The notes beneath the pieces are model-generated. The model was not told the origin of the DNA, did no database searches, and was given only the letters and a program-made list of their open reading frames with translations. From positions 865 to 64,864 of the forward strand of contig CAZDTP010000009.1 in the NCBI GenBank assembly GCA_964508365.1: a stretch of 64,000 bases of DNA, in the 5' to 3' direction. Made by a program: the position numbers and the translations under genes. This document shows positions 16,548 to 25,295 of the stretch, in pieces. The DNA is from an uncultured archaeon. Lineage in GTDB: Archaea; Asgardarchaeota; Lokiarchaeia; Sigyniarchaeales; SOKP01. Position 1 is the first letter of the stretch; each line of letters opens with the position of its first letter.

Positions 16548-17516
16548 ATGATGACAACAGAGAAAAAGATGCCTTCTAATTCAGAAGCTCATAAAATTTA
16601 TACTGAATTTGCTAGAGAAAGGAAGATCATTTTGCATCATGGAGATTCACTAAAATTCTTGAAAACTGTGCCTAATAATAGTATAAATTTAATAGTGACC
16701 TCACCTCCTTATAACATTGGCAAAGATTACGAGGAAAAAGCAACATTAGACGCATATTTGAAAAATCAAGAAATTATCATTAGACATCTTCAGGATAAAC
16801 TTAAAAGTGAAGGAAGTGTTTGTTGGGAAGTCGGAAATTATGTGGATAACGGTGAAATTTATCCTTTAGATATCTTTTTTTACGATATTTTCAAAAAAAT
16901 AGGTATGAAATTGAGGAATAGAATTGTATGGCATTTTGGACATGGATTACATTGTAAGAATCGATTTTCTGGAAGGTATGAGACAATTCTATGGTTTACA
17001 AAAACAGATAATTATGTTTTCAATTTAGATTCGATAAGAGTACCAGCTAAATATCCAGGGAAACGCGCATATAAGGGACCAAATAAGGGTAAACTTTCAG
17101 GAAACCCTTTAGGAAAAAATCCTTCAGATGTCTGGAAAATATTAGAAGATGATTGGATGACTGCTTTCTGGGAGTTTCCAAACGTTAAATCTAACCATCC
17201 AGAAAAAACTATTCATCCTTGCCAATTTCCAATAGAATTAGTAGAAAGATGTGTTCTTGCTCTCACTAATAGAGGAGATTATATTTTAGATCCTTTTTGT
17301 GGTGTAGGAACGACCTTAGTTGCTGGATTAAAGCATTCTCGAAAGGTTATTGGTGTAGATAAAGAATTGGAATATATTAAATTAGCGAGGCAAAGAATTA
17401 CACAATTTTTTGATGGTAATTTAAAAGTTAGACCTTTAGGAAAAAAAGTCTATCAACCTACAGGGCGAGAAAAAGTATCGAAATTTCCTCTTGAATGGAA
17501 AAATTATCAGAGATGA
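16548..17516 (+). CDS. beta-class N4-cytosine/N6-adenine DNA methyltransferase
   Basis: Motif IV is NLIVTSPPYN near the N-terminus. HPCQFPIELVERCVLALTNRGDYILDPFCGVGTTLVAG, followed by VIGVDKELEYIKLARQRI, lies near the C-terminus. This is the classic PF01555 organisation. Confidence 0.85.
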   Translation: MMTTEKKMPSNSEAHKIYTEFARERKIILHHGDSLKFLKTVPNNSINLIVTSPPYNIGKDYEEKATLDAYLKNQEIIIRHLQDKLKSEGSVCWEVGNYVDNGEIYPLDIFFYDIFKKIGMKLRNRIVWHFGHGLHCKNRFSGRYETILWFTKTDNYVFNLDSIRVPAKYPGKRAYKGPNKGKLSGNPLGKNPSDVWKILEDDWMTAFWEFPNVKSNHPEKTIHPCQFPIELVERCVLALTNRGDYILDPFCGVGTTLVAGLKHSRKVIGVDKELEYIKLARQRITQFFDGNLKVRPLGKKVYQPTGREKVSKFPLEWKNYQR

Positions 17517-17645
17517 TTTTCATTAGTTTTAATTTAATATTTCAAATTCTTCAGTTTTGTTTAGCTTCTCTATAATAGATGAATGAACGCTGTCCTATCA
17601 AACTTAATTATTAACTTTTTATTTTATTAACTATTTGCATATTGC

Positions 17646-18770
17646 ATGGAACAAGAAAATAAAGATTTATACAGAGAATTACAGAAACATCTTGATAAGA
17701 TGCCAGTTGGTTATCCAGCTACAGAATCTGGAATTGAAATTAAAATTTTGAAACATCTTTTCACACCAGAACAAGCTCAAATCGCATTAAAATTGAATTT
17801 TATGGCAGATCCGTTAAGTAAAATTTACAGGAGATTGAAAAAAAGTGGTTTTTCTTCAGAAGAATTGGAGAAGAAACTAGATGAGATGTATTTCAAGGGT
17901 TTAATCAATCGTGGGATTGTAAAAGAAGGAGAAACAGAAACAAAATATTACGGTAGTGCTCCTTTTATAATAGGAATGTTTGAGTATCAATTAAATCAAT
18001 TAACACCTGAATTTTATAAAGATGCCCATCAATACACTCGTGAAACATTTTTTAGTGAAGAATATAATAGTACGGGTGTTCCTCAACTACGCGTGATCCC
18101 GCTAGATCAGACTGTTAACTATGAACAATCAATTGCGAATTATGATGATCTTAAACAAATTATCGAGAATGTAGGAGAACCAATTGCAGTAATGGACTGC
18201 ATCTGCCGAAAAGGAAATGATCTTATAGGAGAATCGTGTAAAAAGACAAAGTTACGCGAATCTTGCTTTTCCTTTAGAACAGCTGCTAAAACTTTTATAG
18301 AAAAAGGGCTAGCTCGAGAAATTACGAAAGAAGAAGCATATAAAATCTTAGAAAAAGCAGAAGAAGATGGTTTAGTTCTTCAACCGGGAAATTCTCAAAG
18401 ACCAATGAATATTTGTACCTGTTGTGGGTGTTGTTGTGGAATACTTACAAGTGCAAAACAACTACCTGAATTGTCTCAATTTTTCGCAACTAACTATTAT
18501 GCTAAAGTAGATACCGATTTATGCGTAGGGTGTGGGATCTGTGAAGATAGATGCAATTTGAATGCCATTAATATTGAAGACGATATCGCACAAGTAGATA
18601 AAGCAAGATGTATTGGATGTGGAGTTTGCGTTCCTACTTGCACATCTGAAGCAATTTCGCTTATTAAAAAAGAAGAAGAGATACTTCCTCCCAAAAACAC
18701 TATGGCAACTTATATGCAAATCATGGATAAAAAAGCAGAATTGGCAAGAGTGGAAAAAACTCAAATTTAA
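17646..18770 (+). CDS. Fe-S protein with CTCCGCCC motif and C-terminal 2x[4Fe-4S] ferredoxin domain (paralog B)
   Basis: 374 aa. Motifs are DCICRKG, CTCCGCCCGIL, CVGCGICEDRCN and CIGCGVCVPTCTS. Collinear with 8047-9165. Confidence 0.7.
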   Translation: MEQENKDLYRELQKHLDKMPVGYPATESGIEIKILKHLFTPEQAQIALKLNFMADPLSKIYRRLKKSGFSSEELEKKLDEMYFKGLINRGIVKEGETETKYYGSAPFIIGMFEYQLNQLTPEFYKDAHQYTRETFFSEEYNSTGVPQLRVIPLDQTVNYEQSIANYDDLKQIIENVGEPIAVMDCICRKGNDLIGESCKKTKLRESCFSFRTAAKTFIEKGLAREITKEEAYKILEKAEEDGLVLQPGNSQRPMNICTCCGCCCGILTSAKQLPELSQFFATNYYAKVDTDLCVGCGICEDRCNLNAINIEDDIAQVDKARCIGCGVCVPTCTSEAISLIKKEEEILPPKNTMATYMQIMDKKAELARVEKTQI

Positions 18771-18772
18771 GA

Positions 18773-18781
18773 TTTTTTTTT
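18773..18781 (+). terminator. T9 tract immediately after paralog B (candidate terminator/attenuator)
   Basis: Nine T begin 3 nt after the TAA at 18768-18770, before the next same-strand gene at 18829. Confidence 0.3.
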
Positions 18782-18828
18782 AATAATGTAAGTTAAGAGG
18801 GAATTTAGAATTCATAGAATGATTTATC

Positions 18829-19722
18829 ATGATAAATACAATAGAAAATTCCAAAATTAAAATCGATATTAATAATTGTACGAAATGTAAAGAATGCGTC
18901 AAAGATTGCGTAGCTAATTTGTTTTATTTTGATCAAGACTTGCTATGTTTAGTTGATTCGTTTGAAGATTTTTGTATAGAATGTGGACATTGCGAAGCTG
19001 TGTGTCCGGTAAATGTGATTAAGTTAAAATTTCATACGGAAGAAGAATTAGAGGGTAGTGCGAAAGGAGAAGGAATTCCAACGTATAATTCTTTTTTAAA
19101 TCTGGTTTTAAACAGGAGATCCATAAGGCGATTCAAAGAAAAAGAAATTCCAAAAGGTTTAATAGAAAATTTATTGAAAGTTGGAAAGTATTCTCCAACT
19201 GGAAGCAATTCAGAAAATGTTTACTATACTATTGTGCAAGACAAAGCAGTAATAGCCGACATATCAAAGCACATAACTATTAAAATGATTAGATTTGTTA
19301 ATGCGCTTGAGGATCCACAAGGGCGGACATTCTTGAAAAAAAGTATGCCAGAAGAAGAATTTAACCAAGCTGTTGTAAATCTCCCAAATACAAAAAGAAT
19401 TCTCGAAGGAATTGAGCAAGGAATTGATTTCTGGTGTTGGAATGGAGAGTTAATTGTTATCCATGGAGAAAAATTTATAGGAGGGATGCCCACAAATGGT
19501 TCTTTAGCAGCTGCTCATATCATGCTCGCTGCGGAAACTCTAGGACTAGGAACTTGCTCATTAGGGTATTTAACCTATTTTATAAACGAGTCACAGACTA
19601 TCAGAAAACTACTCAAGATTCCTAAAAATCATATCGTAGGATATTCTTTAACGATGGGGTATCCAGATGTAAAGTATAAAAGAATCCCCGCTCGAAAACC
19701 CTCAAGAATTCAGTGGCTCTAA
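18829..19722 (+). CDS. 2x[4Fe-4S] ferredoxin - nitroreductase-family fusion protein
   Basis: The N-terminus has CTKCKECVKDCV and CIECGHCEAVCPVNVI. RRSIRRFKEKEIP and the SPTGSNSEN region are typical of the nitroreductase (FMN) fold. Confidence 0.75.
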   Translation: MINTIENSKIKIDINNCTKCKECVKDCVANLFYFDQDLLCLVDSFEDFCIECGHCEAVCPVNVIKLKFHTEEELEGSAKGEGIPTYNSFLNLVLNRRSIRRFKEKEIPKGLIENLLKVGKYSPTGSNSENVYYTIVQDKAVIADISKHITIKMIRFVNALEDPQGRTFLKKSMPEEEFNQAVVNLPNTKRILEGIEQGIDFWCWNGELIVIHGEKFIGGMPTNGSLAAAHIMLAAETLGLGTCSLGYLTYFINESQTIRKLLKIPKNHIVGYSLTMGYPDVKYKRIPARKPSRIQWL

Positions 19723-19869
19723 GGTTTTTTCATTATTCTTTATTATGTATAATTGAATTGAATAATTATTCAATTATAAGCACCATATACAATAATCTTT
19801 TTATTTCAGCATGGTTTAAAATAAATGGAAATCTTATTTTAAGATTCTAAAATTTAAAGTGTAAATCTT

Positions 19870-20451
19870 ATGAGCGAAGAATTAAGCGAAGAAGCTTTTT
19901 GGAAAGAAAAGATAAAGAAGCATTGTAAAACATTCGTAATTATAATTATTGCCTGTATATGTGCTGCTATTGGGGCACTTTTAGTATTATTTTGGTTTAT
20001 ACAAACATCTCCTATTGGAACATTTGGTACGGCATTCATTGGTGACTGGAACCTGGATTGGATTGTTGGATTTATCATCCTTATTATCTTGTGGGAATTG
20101 TTATTTGTGGGTATTCCCGCTGGATTATTTTTTGGTTTAGGAGGATATCTCTGGTGGCGTAGATTACCAGCTGATGAAAAACAGGAATTTAAAGACAGAG
20201 AAAAGAAAAACAAACATAGAAAAAGAAATACAGGAGGAGAAGGTGGTTTTAGCTTCTTTATGTTTATTGCATATTGTATTTATATTGCAGTAGACGGAAA
20301 TTACTTTACACCATTTGGGGCTTTACCATATACCTATTGGGTTTATGCATGGTTCTTAACAGTTATGTGGATTTTGATTGTATTAGGAATCCCTGCTGGA
20401 ATCGTTTTAATTATTGTATACTTTACAGTATGGCGTAAAAAATCAGAATAA
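19870..20451 (+). CDS. membrane protein with internal two-fold repeat
   Basis: 193 aa. Two similar hydrophobic modules end in W..LLFVGIPAGLFF..WWRR and W.LIVLGIPAGIVL..VWRK, joined by a basic loop. Confidence 0.5.
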   Translation: MSEELSEEAFWKEKIKKHCKTFVIIIIACICAAIGALLVLFWFIQTSPIGTFGTAFIGDWNLDWIVGFIILIILWELLFVGIPAGLFFGLGGYLWWRRLPADEKQEFKDREKKNKHRKRNTGGEGGFSFFMFIAYCIYIAVDGNYFTPFGALPYTYWVYAWFLTVMWILIVLGIPAGIVLIIVYFTVWRKKSE

Positions 20452-20459
20452 ACTCCTAA

Positions 20460-20477
20460 TTTTTTCTTTTTTTTTTT
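20460..20477 (+). terminator. T6-C-T11 tract (candidate oligo-T terminator)
   Basis: tttttt c ttttttttttt begins 9 nt after the stop at 20449-20451. Confidence 0.4.
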
Positions 20478-20618
20478 GAAGCACTCTCTAAATAATACTT
20501 ACAATTGTTATTACAATAATATATCGGAAATTTCAATAATTGTTGAAAAATCTATATTTTTAAATTATGAAGTAGAGATAATAAACATTGGAATTTACTA
20601 TGGAATGGTTCAAAAATA

Positions 20619-21908
20619 ATGGGAAAAAAATTATCAGAGGGGATTAAAGAGTGGTTTGGGTGGTTTCCATCATCCACTTTTGAAAATAACACTTGCATTT
20701 TTGTCCCAAACATGGCAAATACTTGTGTTTTTGATACAAAAGGAGGCTTAGTAATCTTTGATTTTCCAATAAGGCAATTCGCCCAGAAAACTTTCGACGA
20801 AGTAAGGCGCATTACTAATAAGCCCGTTAAATATGTAATCTATTCACATGGACATTTCGATCACGCTTTTGGTTATGGTCCTTTTATAGAAGAAATAAGA
20901 AAAAAGGGTTGGGACATGCCTGAAGTAATTGCTCATGAGAACTGCATCAGGCGATTTGAAAAATACAAAATTCTCGATAAATATCACGATTGGATAAATA
21001 AGCAACAATTTGTATCTGTAAGTGGTAGGGGACGAGATGCTGTCGTTTCTGCTCACGAAACATTAGAGCCTACTATTATTCTTCAAGGAAACAAATCTTC
21101 ATATTCATTTAAAATAGGTGATTTAAATTTCAAGATTTACCACGATATAGGTGAAACTGACGATTCAATTTGGTTATGGGTCCCTGAAAAGAAGACGATT
21201 TGTACAGGCGACTTAATGGTTTCATCCTTCCCTAATATAGGTAATCCATTTAAAGTCCAGAGATATCCTAAAGATTGGGCAGTAGCAATGGAAAAAATGA
21301 GAGAAAAAAATGCAGAATACTTAGTTCCTGGTCATGGAAGACTTATCGAAGGTAAGGAAAATGTGAGAGATGCATTATCAATTACAGCGGAAGTTATGCA
21401 TTTTGTTCACGATGAAGTGGTGAAAAGATTAAACGAAGGAAAATGGTTCGAACAAATTTACCATGAAATGCTAGAAATTTACCCAGAAAAATTCAAGAAG
21501 CATAAAATTTTAAGAGGTTATTATGGCTGTTACCGTTTTGCTATACATGCGGCCTATAGACTTTACCATGGGTGGTATAATAGTGGGAATCCTACTGATC
21601 TTTTTCCATCCAAGATGGTTGATATTGCCCGAGAATTTCTAAAATTGAGTAGTGAAATTGTATACCTAGAACACGCAAAAAAGCTGTTTTTTGAAGGTAA
21701 ATTACAGCTTGCACTACACATTCTTGATATAATTATAAAAGGATCTGATGAGCAAAACATAAAGGTGTTAACCGATGCTTTAAATTTAAAAGTGAAAATT
21801 TTAAAAGAAAAAGTAAAGGATGAATCCTCCTTCATAGCAACTAACATATTGGAAAATGGAGCTCATCAGATAAACATGAGGCTAAAGGAATTACAGAAAC
21901 CTATATAG
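20619..21908 (+). CDS. MBL-fold metallohydrolase, alkyl/aryl-sulfatase (SdsA1)-like
   Basis: The metallo-beta-lactamase motif is YSHGHFDHAFG. YHGWYNSGNPTDLFP resembles the start of the alkyl-sulfatase dimerisation domain. No obvious SCP2-like C-terminus. Confidence 0.55.
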   Translation: MGKKLSEGIKEWFGWFPSSTFENNTCIFVPNMANTCVFDTKGGLVIFDFPIRQFAQKTFDEVRRITNKPVKYVIYSHGHFDHAFGYGPFIEEIRKKGWDMPEVIAHENCIRRFEKYKILDKYHDWINKQQFVSVSGRGRDAVVSAHETLEPTIILQGNKSSYSFKIGDLNFKIYHDIGETDDSIWLWVPEKKTICTGDLMVSSFPNIGNPFKVQRYPKDWAVAMEKMREKNAEYLVPGHGRLIEGKENVRDALSITAEVMHFVHDEVVKRLNEGKWFEQIYHEMLEIYPEKFKKHKILRGYYGCYRFAIHAAYRLYHGWYNSGNPTDLFPSKMVDIAREFLKLSSEIVYLEHAKKLFFEGKLQLALHILDIIIKGSDEQNIKVLTDALNLKVKILKEKVKDESSFIATNILENGAHQINMRLKELQKPI

Positions 21909-21944
21909 AGAGAACTTTTTTCTCTAATTCAACATTTTAAAGAT

Positions 21945-22868
21945 TTAAGTTATAAAGTAAAAAGTCAGTGAGAGACTACCTAGGACGAAAATAACAAGTC
22001 CAACAACACGCCCCATTGTTTTAGCAGACAGTTTTTGAATATATGTAGAAGTTATTATTCCGGTTATAATCGAGCCGATTGCTAAATATAATGAAAGCTC
22101 GAAATTAAAAAATACTTCTCCTTTAATAGTAAGACCAAAAATTTGATAAAATAAGAAAGTGCAAGAACTAATAATCATACTTAAAATTAGAGCTGTTCCA
22201 ACTCCTTTTTTGAGAGGGTAGCCATAAATTATTACAAGTGCTAACACAAAAACTAATCCAGAACTTGCTCCAAATAATCCTGAATTGACACCAACAAAAA
22301 GGCCAAATCCAATTGCTAAAATATAGTATATACGCGACCCCCGTGATATGAATCCTTGAATAGAATCTGCTTCAGAGACTAACTGTTCGTCGATTTTTTT
22401 ATTTATTTCTGCTAATTCCTCCTCATTCTTTCCTTTCTTCATAGCTTTGCGCGCAATGTTATGAACCATTTTTTTTACTGAATCATAGGTAGGAAAACCT
22501 CTCTTTAGAAAGAGAAACCCTAAGAACATAATGAAAATTGGAATAAACCACCCATAAATGGAACCTAGAGGGGTTGTCATTAAAATAAAAACACCGAAAA
22601 ATGTGGTAACTATACCAATAATGATTATTATAAAAATATCAATTCTTATTTTAAATTGTTTTCTCCTAAGATATCCTATTGATACAGTGGCTGATGTAAT
22701 CAAGTCATTTAGTAAATTTATGGCAATAGCTAAAAACACATCTCCAGTGAATAATAGGATAATAGGAAGTACAATTCCTATACCTGTTTGACCAATGAAA
22801 CTAATACTTATTCCTACAAGCGCACCAATAGAAATTAAGATAATAATTTGATAAATTTGTAATACCAT
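21945..22868 (-). CDS. TauE/SafE (TSUP) family anion exporter-like membrane protein
   Basis: 307 aa. Two four-helix Gly-rich hydrophobic halves are separated by a charged loop (KKGKNEEELAEINKKIDEQL), as in the sulfite/sulfonate exporter family. Confidence 0.5.
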   Translation of the reverse strand: MVLQIYQIIILISIGALVGISISFIGQTGIGIVLPIILLFTGDVFLAIAINLLNDLITSATVSIGYLRRKQFKIRIDIFIIIIIGIVTTFFGVFILMTTPLGSIYGWFIPIFIMFLGFLFLKRGFPTYDSVKKMVHNIARKAMKKGKNEEELAEINKKIDEQLVSEADSIQGFISRGSRIYYILAIGFGLFVGVNSGLFGASSGLVFVLALVIIYGYPLKKGVGTALILSMIISSCTFLFYQIFGLTIKGEVFFNFELSLYLAIGSIITGIITSTYIQKLSAKTMGRVVGLVIFVLGSLSLTFYFIT

Positions 22869-23012
22869 AGTTAACTCACTCTATAAGTCTTTATTAACAA
22901 TTATTATTCTATTAGGTCTTATTTATTCCTATAATAATAAGTTAAACGGAAACCTTTAAATTGTTTAAGGATAAATTTTTTATATCAAAATCTCGCTGAT
23001 GAAGAAACGAAA

Positions 23013-24299
23013 ATGAACATAGAAATCTCAAAAGAAGATTCGGACTATATGTACAATTTAGTCCAGAGAATCGTCGATGAAGTTGGTCCTAGAATGCCTT
23101 GTAGTCCACAAGAAGCTGAAGGAGCGAATATTATTAAGAAAGAACTTGAAAAAAGTTGCGATAAAGTTGTTTTAGAACCTTTTAAATGCCACCCAAAAGC
23201 TTTTCTGGGATGGATTAAAATGATTGTGACTATGGTCCCTGTTTCTATGATATTTTATTTATTACAACAACTCGCTTCTGAGATGATATGGTTAGTAGTG
23301 TTTTCTAGTATTTCTTTGATTTTAGTTCTCTTATCTTTGGTGATTATGTGGGAGGAATTTTTCAACTACAAAGAATTTATCGATGGGTTTTTTCGTAAAA
23401 AATCGTCTCAAAACATTGTTGGTAAATTTGAAGCAAAACAAAAAGAACCAAAGAAATTATTAATTTTTTCGAGCCATATCGATTCTGCATTACAATTTAA
23501 TTTATTGAAGGTCTTAAAGTGGGGTTTTCTTCCACTTGCATTTGGAGCTATAATTATACTTTTAATATGGTTGATTCTATCTGCTATAAATCTTACTTTA
23601 ATGGTTATAGGATTTATTGATCTTAAATCTATGTTTTTCACAATAGTTATTTTGTTATTAATCGTTGGTAGTCCTTGTTATGTGAGTTTGTTCTTTTTTG
23701 TACCATTAGGAGAAAAAGGTAATGTTGTTCCAGGATCAGTAGATAACCTAAGTAGTTGTTCGGTGATAGTAGGGCTTGGTAGATATCTGAATCAACACAG
23801 AGATTTAATTCCAGAAAGCACAGAAATTAGACTAATCAGTTTTGGTTGCGAAGAAAGCGGTTTAAGAGGAGCCTATCGTTATGCTGCGGCTCATCTAGAC
23901 GAATTGAAAAAGAAAAACGCCATAGTTTTTAACATGGACGGTTTAGAGACTCCTGACAAATTTTCAGTCATAGAATACGAGCCGACAACTCGAACAAAAC
24001 ATTCAGAAGAAGTAGTTGACAAGATATTAAGAGCTGCAGAGATGAGTGATGTAACTGTTAAAAGATTTGGAGCAGGTAAGTTGGAAAAAACAGTTGGTAG
24101 ATTAAGTGGAGGATCCGATGCTGCTGCTTTTTCGAAGGCTGGCATTAAAGCAGGATTTTTGAATTCAGCAGATTGGAAAACAAGGTCGAGCTATTACCAT
24201 CAGTCTACAGATACTCCAGATAGAATCAGAAAAGGAACTTTAGAGAATGCATTACGTATCTGTTTAACATTTATTTCAAATGAGAAAAGTAATAGATAG
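23013..24299 (+). CDS. M28-family metallopeptidase with inserted transmembrane segments
   Basis: The metal-ligand regions SSHIDSA, FGCEESGLRGA, NMDGL and YHQSTDTP occur in M28 order. Several hydrophobic helices lie between residues 65-230. Confidence 0.6.
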   Translation: MNIEISKEDSDYMYNLVQRIVDEVGPRMPCSPQEAEGANIIKKELEKSCDKVVLEPFKCHPKAFLGWIKMIVTMVPVSMIFYLLQQLASEMIWLVVFSSISLILVLLSLVIMWEEFFNYKEFIDGFFRKKSSQNIVGKFEAKQKEPKKLLIFSSHIDSALQFNLLKVLKWGFLPLAFGAIIILLIWLILSAINLTLMVIGFIDLKSMFFTIVILLLIVGSPCYVSLFFFVPLGEKGNVVPGSVDNLSSCSVIVGLGRYLNQHRDLIPESTEIRLISFGCEESGLRGAYRYAAAHLDELKKKNAIVFNMDGLETPDKFSVIEYEPTTRTKHSEEVVDKILRAAEMSDVTVKRFGAGKLEKTVGRLSGGSDAAAFSKAGIKAGFLNSADWKTRSSYYHQSTDTPDRIRKGTLENALRICLTFISNEKSNR

Positions 24300-24333
24300 A
24301 TACTAAAATAAATCAGTAATAATTGATTTTAAT

Positions 24334-25236
24334 ATGGAAGAACAATTAATAGGGTTTTTAGAAAATCTTTTCGCTGAAAGCGTACTTAACCGTCTTCCAG
24401 AAAAATATGGTGGAGGAAGAATATTTTCCTCTCCACTGATTGGTGTAGCTTCAGGGAACGATCCGATGTATTTAAAATTTAAAGAAGTGGTAGGACCAGA
24501 ACACCTTACTCCCGTAGAGATGTGGAAGGCTTGTGAGCAAGAAGGAATTACTGGTGATCAGCTACGAGTATTATCGATTGTTTTTCCTTATGTTGCAAAG
24601 ATTCGGAACGAGAGCAAAAATTTTGTCAAATTACGCCACATTACATTACCATCTGATTTTTACTCCTTAGGTCGAAATTATGCTAACGAATTCAAAGCCT
24701 ACATTATGAAACAGTTAGTGAAATATTTCCAGGAAAAAGGTTATATCGCTGTAGCAGGAGTGTTAAGCGAAGCATTTAGCATAATTGCAAAAGGAACATT
24801 TTATTCAACTTGGTCTGAACGACATACTGCTTTTGCGGCAGGATTGGGGACCTTTAGTTTGCACGAAGGCTTTATAACCGAAGTTGGTTGTAATGTGAGG
24901 TTGGCCTCAGTGATTACAAATGCTCCGATTAAGGTTTCCCCTCGTAAATCCGACGATCCATTTTCAAATTGCTTATTCTTCGCGAAAGGAACTTGTAAAG
25001 CATGTATAGAAAAATGTCCTGCTGGTGCGATTTCAGAAGAAGGGCACGATAAACAACTATGTTATTATTATGGACGGAAAGTAGCTAGAAAAATGGAGCT
25101 TCGCCTTGGCTCCCTACTTAAATCACATGTACGCAGAATTAACGGAAAATTAAGACCTCCAACATTCCCTGTTGGTTGTGGATTTTGCCAATTTGGGGTT
25201 CCTTGCATGGATAAAAATCCCACTGTCTTTGAGTAA
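24334..25236 (+). CDS. QueG / reductive-dehalogenase-superfamily Fe-S protein
   Basis: HTAFAAGLGTFSLHEGFITEVGCNVRLASVITNAPI resembles the QueG/RdhA core. The ferredoxin-type CKACIEKCPAGAI is followed by a second Cys cluster (CGFCQFGVPC). Confidence 0.5.
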   Translation: MEEQLIGFLENLFAESVLNRLPEKYGGGRIFSSPLIGVASGNDPMYLKFKEVVGPEHLTPVEMWKACEQEGITGDQLRVLSIVFPYVAKIRNESKNFVKLRHITLPSDFYSLGRNYANEFKAYIMKQLVKYFQEKGYIAVAGVLSEAFSIIAKGTFYSTWSERHTAFAAGLGTFSLHEGFITEVGCNVRLASVITNAPIKVSPRKSDDPFSNCLFFAKGTCKACIEKCPAGAISEEGHDKQLCYYYGRKVARKMELRLGSLLKSHVRRINGKLRPPTFPVGCGFCQFGVPCMDKNPTVFE

Positions 25237-25295
25237 CTCGTAAATAAGGACTATATATTTAAAATAAAAAATTTTTGTTTGTAGTTAAATTTTAG

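Noticed and set aside
24334-25236. Possible anaerobic sulfatase-maturating enzyme next to the sulfatase
   Set aside because: The radical-SAM CxxxCxxC motif is absent. The Cys motifs are ferredoxin-type (CxxCxxxCP), and the core resembles QueG/RdhA instead.
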